A DNA stretch of 64,000 nt from positions 279,806,001 through 279,870,000 of the forward strand of contig OZ024743.1 in NCBI GenBank assembly GCA_964016885.1. Direction: 5' to 3'. Positions 56,040-64,000 of the stretch are shown one piece after another. The position numbers were made by a program, and so were the translations under genes. Position 1 is the first letter of the stretch; every line of letters starts with the position of its first letter. The DNA is from Eledone cirrhosa (Eukaryota). The notes under the pieces are model-generated. The model did not search any database and was not told the origin of the DNA. It saw only the letters and a program-made list of their open reading frames with translations.

Positions 56040-57300
56040 ATATATATAAAATTTATATATATGTATGTAAAAGGTAAACAGAAATAACAACACAATCGGT
56101 ACAGTATATGGAAGGGATATATTAGGTTAATGCTTGATATAGCAGGAAGAGGGTCTTACCGTTTCGGACGATAGATAGATTTGGAATTGGAAAAAATGTC
56201 TTTAGATAAAAATAACAGATCCATTCATGTTGACTTATCTTGCAAAACTGTTGGTGCTGGCGTTTTGTGTATGATTTATTTTTTTAGAAAAGTGGATGAT
56301 GGAACGCGTCTACATGACATGGAAAAAAATGGTTTTGTAAAAAGAGCTACACTTGTGCACGTGCGTATGCATGTGTGTGTGTGTATGTGTGTGTGTGTGT
56401 GTGTGTTATTATATGTCCGTACGTAGCTAAGAAGAAACGTGTGTGTATATGTGAGTAAAAGAGTGTGTATGCATGTAAGTACGAAGCTATGAGCAAAAGT
56501 ATGTTAATATAAGGGTGTGTATGTGTATATACAGAGCAGTGAAGGGAAAAGTGGAGTGAGCATATATAGTCGGCCTGTATTAGTTATAAGAGAAGATGTT
56601 AATGATCAAGAGAAAGCGATGAGAATCTAGGGGTGTGATAATGGACGGGGTATTAGATAAATTGGGGAGGTGAGTTGAGTCCAAGAGGGGGAATAGGACG
56701 CAAGACGGTGAATCAGACATTGTTCAGTCCTGGTGTGCGAGGGCTGAGATCCATGATGTAAAATGACACCCAGGACTGAAACATATAGGTAAGAATGACA
56801 AGGAGAATAGAAATGACGGGCGACTGGAGTATCCAAACCGAGCGGTATGTTCCTCAAATATTCGGCAAAACGTTCCCCCATACGGCATTCCGTTTGTACG
56901 ATATATAAAGACCCGCAAAGGGGAACACCGGAGGGCATAGACAACGAGGGTGGATGTGCAGGTGAAGGAATGGCGGATACGGAAAGACGCGTTAGGGCCT
57001 GTAAGAGTGGTGAGGCTAGAAATAAAGGGACAATTGTTGCAGCGGGAAAGGGAACAAGGATGAGAGACGGGTGGAGTTGTAGGAGAGGACGAAAAGGAAC
57101 TGCAAACCAGGAGTATGCGGAGGTTGCGGGCGCGCTTGAAAGCAGTAATGGGTGGGTTTGGAAAAAAGCGAGAAGTGACTGGGTCAGAAGAGAGGATACG
57201 GAAGGAAATCTATGTAAATATGACAATGTATTTTAAAATATTTGTTATAAAATTGTTGGAATGTTATTGTGGAGGTAGTTAATTAGTCCTTTGTAAAGAA
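56040..57300 (-). pseudogene. Decayed Penelope-like element of a different clade (GIY-YIG region plus pLTR remnant)
   Basis: CGSLYIVQT..RMGERFAEYLRNI..PVARHF..EQCLIHRL; HHR 3' half gtccGAAACGGTAagac near 56153-56169. Confidence 0.7.
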
Positions 57301-58089
57301 AATAATTAAATAAACTAAGTCAGGGCAGGATACCTTATTCTTTTCTAATGCTGCCATTTTGTAATCCATTACCTCTGACCTTGGGCTAAATTGTTGAGAG
57401 ACAACAACAAAGCCAGTACGTCGTTGATCATTTAGAAATATCCGCCAAATAATCTTAAATCACATTCTACTATATTTGAAATAAACATAGCCACATTGGA
57501 AAATCTAGTCTCTCATATATAAGATGGACAGGATGGACATGGCTGGAATGCCTTTCATCCCAGATGTGATCAATAAGAGATGGATAAACAGTAACACGAC
57601 AACAATTGATTAAGCTGCTGGTCTTTGAAAACATTTGTTAGAATCTCCCAGCTTATAAACGTATTTCCCAGCAGATTTATGTTGGATACATGGCATTTGG
57701 TAAACTGCCAGAAGCCTTGATTTCTTTTAATATTTCTTTGCATATGTAATTCTGAAGATTCGTCTATCTAAAGGCATTTTGTGTTTCTGTAAATATTTTT
57801 TCTCAAATGTCATGTACTCATTCAACACTAATTGCGTTTGTCCTTATCACAGTCTATAGGTAGAGTCGGCAGAGCATCAGATAAAATCCTTTGCAATATT
57901 CAGAGAGGCATGTTGGCTCTCGGTTAATATTCCACAAGTGTCAGATTTTACTTATACTTTTCGGGATCGATAAAATAAAGTACCAATTAAATAATGGTGC
58001 AGATTTATTTAACAATCCCGTTTTCATCAAAGTTGCTGTCCTTTTGCCTAAATAAAAAACTTTAATATTATGATTTAATTTAATTAGTT

Positions 58090-58430
58090 GTATATAGCTC
58101 AAATTCTACGCATATGTTTCGCGATTACAAGCGTCTGAAAAAGGTTCTTTGAAGTAAAGTAACTTGATAGAGTGCATAGCTCAGAGAGGCGAGGTTAAGT
58201 CCCGGTACAGCTGCTACTTCTCCGAATTGACAGATCACAGCTCCGATACTAAGGGCATGCAGTTAGAATGTCCCAAGAAAGAATCACCCAACAGATTTTA
58301 CGGCAGAAGACGCAGGGCTAGACCCTGAGTATGATGGCTAGATAAGACCAATGAGATCGGCTAATTTCGCTTGGGAATCCAGCGGAATCAATTGGAGGCA
58401 GTTGCATCTCGCGGGACCCGCTGGAAGGGT
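58090..58430 (+). pseudogene. RTE-clade LINE 3' fragment followed by (GGA)n/(GAA)n
   Basis: LLLRIDRSQLRY*GHAVRMSQER..QIL. Confidence 0.6.
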
Positions 58431-58867
58431 AAGAAGAAGAAGGTGGAGGAGGAGGAGGAGGAGGAGGGGGGGGGAGAAGAAGAAGAAGAAGAAGAAGAAG
58501 AAGAAGAAGAAGAAGAAGAAGAAGAAGAAGAAGAAATTCGGATTTAGGCGCAAGGCGTTACTTGTAGTTTACTTTATCGACTCTGTAAAGATGAAAGGCA
58601 AAGCTAACCACGGTGGGATTTGAACTCAGAATGTAAAGTGACGTAATTCTAAGCCATTTAAAGTCGAGAGTACTAGTATTAAATGGGTGTCGATATATGT
58701 ATGTGTTCTGAAGACAACGTTTGAAGTCATTATTATTATAATCGTGATAGTGTTAGCAACAAGTGCAAAACAAATCAAAACAATGACAGCCAAATGTTAC
58801 TATATCTTGCGACAGTAAACATTAATTTTCCTTCCCACTTGCTTTCTTTCTCTTACTCTCTCTCACC

Positions 58868-58941
<74 letters not shown>

Positions 58942-58963
58942 CTCACTGTCTACACACACACAC

Positions 58964-58998
<35 letters not shown>

Positions 58999-59443
58999 CA
59001 AACATACATGCGTATGTAATTACTTACATACATTCATACGTACATACATATATTCATGTATATATATATATGTATGTGGTTGTGTATGTGCGTGTGTGTG
59101 TGTGTGCCTATCATTTAATCTTTCCTACACTTCCAAAATTGTATTTACCATTGATAAATTGATAAGCTATCTAATATCTAACTGTCTAGTTGAGACCAAC
59201 TGAAATGAATGAGCAGCAATACACGTTACGTGATAAATCTGATAAAGCGTATGGATAATATAGCTATATAAACAGATTCTTATCGGCTCTTTAGATATAT
59301 TTAATATATGGCAGGCTCTAAGGACATAAAATAATTGCTTCGTGCACAGGCATGACATCTCAGATTTGTGGAGGTGGCCAAATGGAATGATGCGATGTTC
59401 GTGCCTTTCGTTAAGAAATTAAACATCTGACAACAAAGCACAC

Positions 59444-59512
<69 letters not shown>

Positions 59513-59649
59513 ATGTGTGTGTATATATGTGTGTGTATATATATATATATAAATATTTTTCTACGATAGAAGTCGTCCAGAAATAGCCATCGAAACGGCT
59601 TGAGATCTGCCGTCGGGGTCATACGTTTTCCTATATATATATATACGTA

Positions 59650-59917
<268 letters not shown>

Positions 59918-60008
59918 GTATATATATATGTATATATATATGTGTGTGTTATTATTTTATATATATAAACACACATATTTGTATATATACATACAAATAT
60001 ATATATAC

Positions 60009-60074
<66 letters not shown>

Positions 60075-61749
60075 GTAGATATATATATGTATATATATAA
60101 TTTATACACACACATATATATATATATACATATATATATGCGTATGTGTATGTTCGTATGCATGTATATATGTATGTATGTGGGCATATATGTCTATATA
60201 TATGTACGAGCGTATGTATGTATAGCAATAAAGACCTCCATAGATTAAAGAACATATGGAAATCAACGCATTACATAAAGAAAACAAATATCTGATTTAT
60301 TTTCTTACGGTACAATTACGGTTATGCGTCTGTATAGCAACACACGTCGCCCATTAGGCAACGATATCCTGCTCAGCAACCACTTGTTGGCATATGTGCG
60401 TGTTTCTTCTATGTATCTCTTCTACAGCTACTAAAACACTATTTGCTCCTCGGATCTCTCAGAGATATTGCCAGAGCCGGCACCTCCGTATATAGAGCAG
60501 TATGCTAGCTCTACAATGTACACCACTTCCCCCGAAATATACCCTCCATTCTCCTGAATGAAATAATTTGAACATACTATTTGGGAAATTGACAAACCTA
60601 GTTTGTCAATTGACACTTCTTGCTCTAAACCCACTAAGAAAACTATTAACCTTGCCTCTTCCATTTCACAGTCAACACTCATCCGCACCAAATCATGTGG
60701 CAGGTCATAACAATACACACCCCTCTCCACCGCATTGGTTTTTTCTACAATGCTGCTACGCGACCAAGCTGTTTAGCGATGTATTTATTGATCGCAGGAA
60801 ATTGTTGAATATATATTATTTATACAAATTCATATAAAACTCATCCTTTAAGATCTAGTAACGTGTTTCTCTGAATAGTTGGTTTTAATGGTAATACGCT
60901 TCCGATATTCCATATGTTTTGACTTCGAACGTGACATAGCAACTTGTTGAACAAAATTAGATACAATTAATTAGATCGTAGATGTGACATTTTAGTCATT
61001 AAACACAACCACTCACGGACACTACTATTTCCATTTTTTCCTTCATTTGATCTGCATCGCAACCTCTGCAACACTGAGACAGTTCCATGGAAAGGAGTAG
61101 ACTCGCAGGACGTCTTTCATAAACTATATAACATTGTTACTGATATTTTGGAGACCAGTTCGAAGAGTGTGTGAATGAAATTTAGAAATTTGGAATTATA
61201 TAAAAGAAAAATAAATATTAAGGTTCTATTGTGTTTTTGTTGTTGTTTGTTTTTATCTTAACTAAAGTCACTCTCACCACGATATAATTGCTTCAGTTAG
61301 AACACGCTGTCTTCAATCACATCACTTAACAAACAAATACAAACTCCGAAAAAAATTAGACACCATTGTATAATAGAAATAGTGGTAAACGACAAAATAT
61401 ACTGGAGACAAAGGAAGTAAAAGTTGTTCAATGAAAGACGTCCAATGGTTCTCCTCAGATTGACACCACTTGAGAAGTAAATGAAGCCAGGCCGAGCATA
61501 GTGTCGTATAATTTAAGGTGAAAAGCGATAAGACTATTGAGCGAAGAGGAAGTTACCAAAACCCTTAAACCGAAGATCCGGGAGAGGAATCCTATAAATA
61601 CTATGGCAAGAGGCTGGTTACGTGGATCAAAGCGATATATGTGTATATACATGCGTGCGTGTAAATATGTATGCATTCATATGAGTATGTATGAATGTGT
61701 GTATGCATGTATATTTGTAAGTATGTATGTATGTGTATGTATGTATGTA

Positions 61750-62030
61750 TGTAAAGGTGCGTACCTCGGCTAGTGTCTTCAGCTCACGATCGTAAAGTCG
61801 TGATTTCGATATTCGGACTGGGCGGTGCATTGTGCCATTACGCTAGACACTTTATTTCACAGTGCCCCAGGCCATAAAGCTGCCCAACAGAAGTTATACC
61901 TGTTATCCAAGGAACAAACCTTGTCATGCTGAATCTCCCTTAGAAATACATTAAAGGTGCAGGTATCTGTGAGATGCTTAGCCCGTTACACGTTAATTTC
62001 ATGGAAGCATCGTGGGGGTATCGTTGGGGT
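61750..62030 (+). mobile_element. Diverged tRNA-derived SINE
   Basis: aaggtgcgt..tagtg..cacgatcgtaaagtcgtgatttcgatattc head; body as in 21905-22500. Confidence 0.6.
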
Positions 62031-62285
62031 AGGTAATGTTTCTGTTGGAAGTAGAAAAGCAAGTTACAAATACACTTATTTGATCATTCCTTATCGTGGA
62101 AACGATAGTCGGAGAAAATAAGCAATAACTCTCAATACAAAAAAGGATTGGTAAGCATACAGAGTACAGATTTACACGTTTAATACGTTTAAATCTTGTC
62201 TCATTAAGTGAATAATGAGACTAACGCGTCGATAGTGAAATTTTACCCTGTCGCCCTGTTTGACTACGAACAATATATATATATA

Positions 62286-62469
62286 GTAATAATAATAATA
62301 ATAATAATAGTAATAATGATAAATTTGAATACTAAAATCCAAAGAGGGCTCGATAAGGATAAATATATATCAAATATATAAGTACCGTAGAGCAAATATT
62401 TATTAAAATTACAGATTAAAGTTTAAGCAAAGAATCGCTGCTTTCACCCTTAACTGTTAATCTGTTATT

Positions 62470-62476
<7 letters not shown>
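62286..62476 (-). mobile_element. Family D tip truncated in HHR stem II, with a short inverted arm
   Basis: Matches 63755-63899; inverted ttaatctgttattt at 62457. Confidence 0.75.
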
Positions 62477-62549
<73 letters not shown>

Positions 62550-62627
62550 GAGTTAGAAACTCAAAGTAGTCTCTTACAATTAAATAGCTCTAAGAAAAAA
62601 ACTTTGCCGAGCCGTGTAATATAATTG

Positions 62628-62724
62628 AATAAACAAGAGAGATGAACACTAATATAAACATACGTGTCCGAATACGATTCGGACACATGTATGTTTATAT
62701 AAGTGTTCATCTCTCTTGTTTATT
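62628..62724. repeat. ~47-bp-arm hairpin in a TA-flanked insertion
   Basis: aataaacaagagagatgaacact..gtccgaat / attcggac..agtgttcatctctcttgtttatt. Confidence 0.8.
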
Positions 62725-62740
62725 AATATTATATATATAT

Positions 62741-62938
62741 ATTAGAAAGTGAGGTTTTTTTACAAAATGAAAAAAAAACGAAGTGTCCTACACGAGTGAA
62801 AGTATAAGGAAAAAAGATGAAATCGAAAATGCAACTGGAGTCTTTTTTTGTTTTAAATATATTTATTTGGTTCCTTTACCGGTTTCGCAGTTCTTGTACT
62901 TTTCAAAAGTAGAATTGAGATGGAGGGTTTGCGGTTTT

Positions 62939-62942
<4 letters not shown>
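62741..62942 (-). mobile_element. Family E pLTR tip with U3-A8 hammerhead (62871-62914)
   Basis: ttctaCTT-TTGAAAA-gtac aagaa ctgc-GAAA-CCGG-TA^AAGgaa. Confidence 0.7.
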
Positions 62943-63021
<79 letters not shown>

Positions 63022-63195
63022 TATTTAAATATATATATATATATATGAATGTATATATAGTGTATTTTGCTGAAAATTTAAAGTAAGTGAGACTGTCACT
63101 ACTCTAAAACAATAGCATAAGATCTTCGAAATGCTTTTAATTAAGCATACAGTGTATTCGGAGCGCCAATTCTAAAATATATATATATATATATA

Positions 63196-63372
63196 CAGTC
63201 GATCGACTTTCGCCAAATCGGACCAAGGAAACAATGTTTCCATTGGTCTTTCCAATTGCTAATACTCTCTATTGGTCGCAACTCGAGGTAGAAGGAGCAA
63301 CGTGAAAAAAAGTATCTTGCTGAAGGCATTGCCCGAATTCAATTCTCTCACCACTCAGCCACACGCCTTCAC
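63196..63372 (-). mobile_element. SINE copy (family of 38455-38675), internally deleted
   Basis: Reverse-complement match. Confidence 0.7.
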
Positions 63373-63699
63373 TGATCTTGGTTGTCCATCGTAAACGATG
63401 ATGACATCTTCTTTATTTTAGTTCATGTCTGCCATGGGCACGAATTGGCTGTGGAGGCCGATCCTTGACTTGCAGATCCGGGGACAGTAGGGGCAGGGGA
63501 AGAGACCGGAGTCGCTTGGGGCAGCAGTTGGAGCCTTTCTCATCCTTTCAGAGGCCTCAGTGACATCTGCCCGTCTCTTTCTTCAAAAGAGTATTTGGTG
63601 CGTCTGGTAAGGGCTCGCCACTCAGCCCTGTCCTGAGCATGGGACTCGAGGTGATTTGGCGCGATACCAGTGTTGCTGATACTGAACTTCACGCCTTCC

Positions 63700-63702
<3 letters not shown>
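63373..63702 (-). pseudogene. RTE (BovB-like) LINE C-terminus and 3' end
   Basis: AQDRAEWRAL..FEE..FPCPYCPRICKSRIGLHS zinc finger. Confidence 0.8.
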
Positions 63703-63754
<52 letters not shown>

Positions 63755-63758
<4 letters not shown>

Positions 63759-64000
63759 ATAATAATAAAATTGAAGACTAAAATCCAAAGAGGGCTCGAT
63801 AAGGAAAATATATATCAAATATATAAGAACCGTAGAGCAAATATTTATTAAAATAACAGATTAAAGTTTAAGCAAAGAATCGCTGCTTTCACCCTTAACG
63901 GGATCTTCTGAAACTAACAAAGTCAATCTGTAAACGCAGAACTGGATATTTCAAAAAACGTTGCAACCGGAGGAAGACAGGAAGACGATACTTTGGTTCG
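63755..64000 (-). mobile_element. Family D copy with U4A hammerhead (63865-63915)
   Basis: AGTTT-CAGAAGA-tCCC gttaa GGGt-GAAA-GCAG cgattct TTGC-TT^AAACT; TCGAGCCCT at 63791-63799. Confidence 0.8.

Overview
AT-rich, microsatellite-saturated, repeat-dominated eukaryotic DNA. The SINE types and (TA)n density suggest an octopus-like cephalopod (inference). No host gene is confidently visible, and most of the ORF track is translated (TA)n/(CA)n/(GA)n. The dominant biology is Penelope-like (PLE) retroelements. (i) A near-intact Naiad-type PLE (RT + GIY-YIG, ~737-747 aa) forms an ~8-kb palindrome at 47558-55520 with three hammerhead-ribozyme (HHR) pseudo-LTRs. (ii) About 26 type-I HHR motifs were read by eye on both strands, from more than 10 unrelated families. 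Most lie in short head-to-head fold-back insertions inside (TA)n tracts, including a 468-nt tandem retrozyme-like unit. (iii) HHR core variants recur: family-wide CAGANGA (U4A) and covarying UUGAAAA (U3-A8). (iv) A shared TCGAGTGCT-like motif lies downstream of the HHRs. Decayed CR1-group and RTE LINEs, Helitrons, tRNA-derived SINEs and MITE-like foldbacks fill the rest. Ribozyme structures were folded by eye and coordinates may be off by a few nt.
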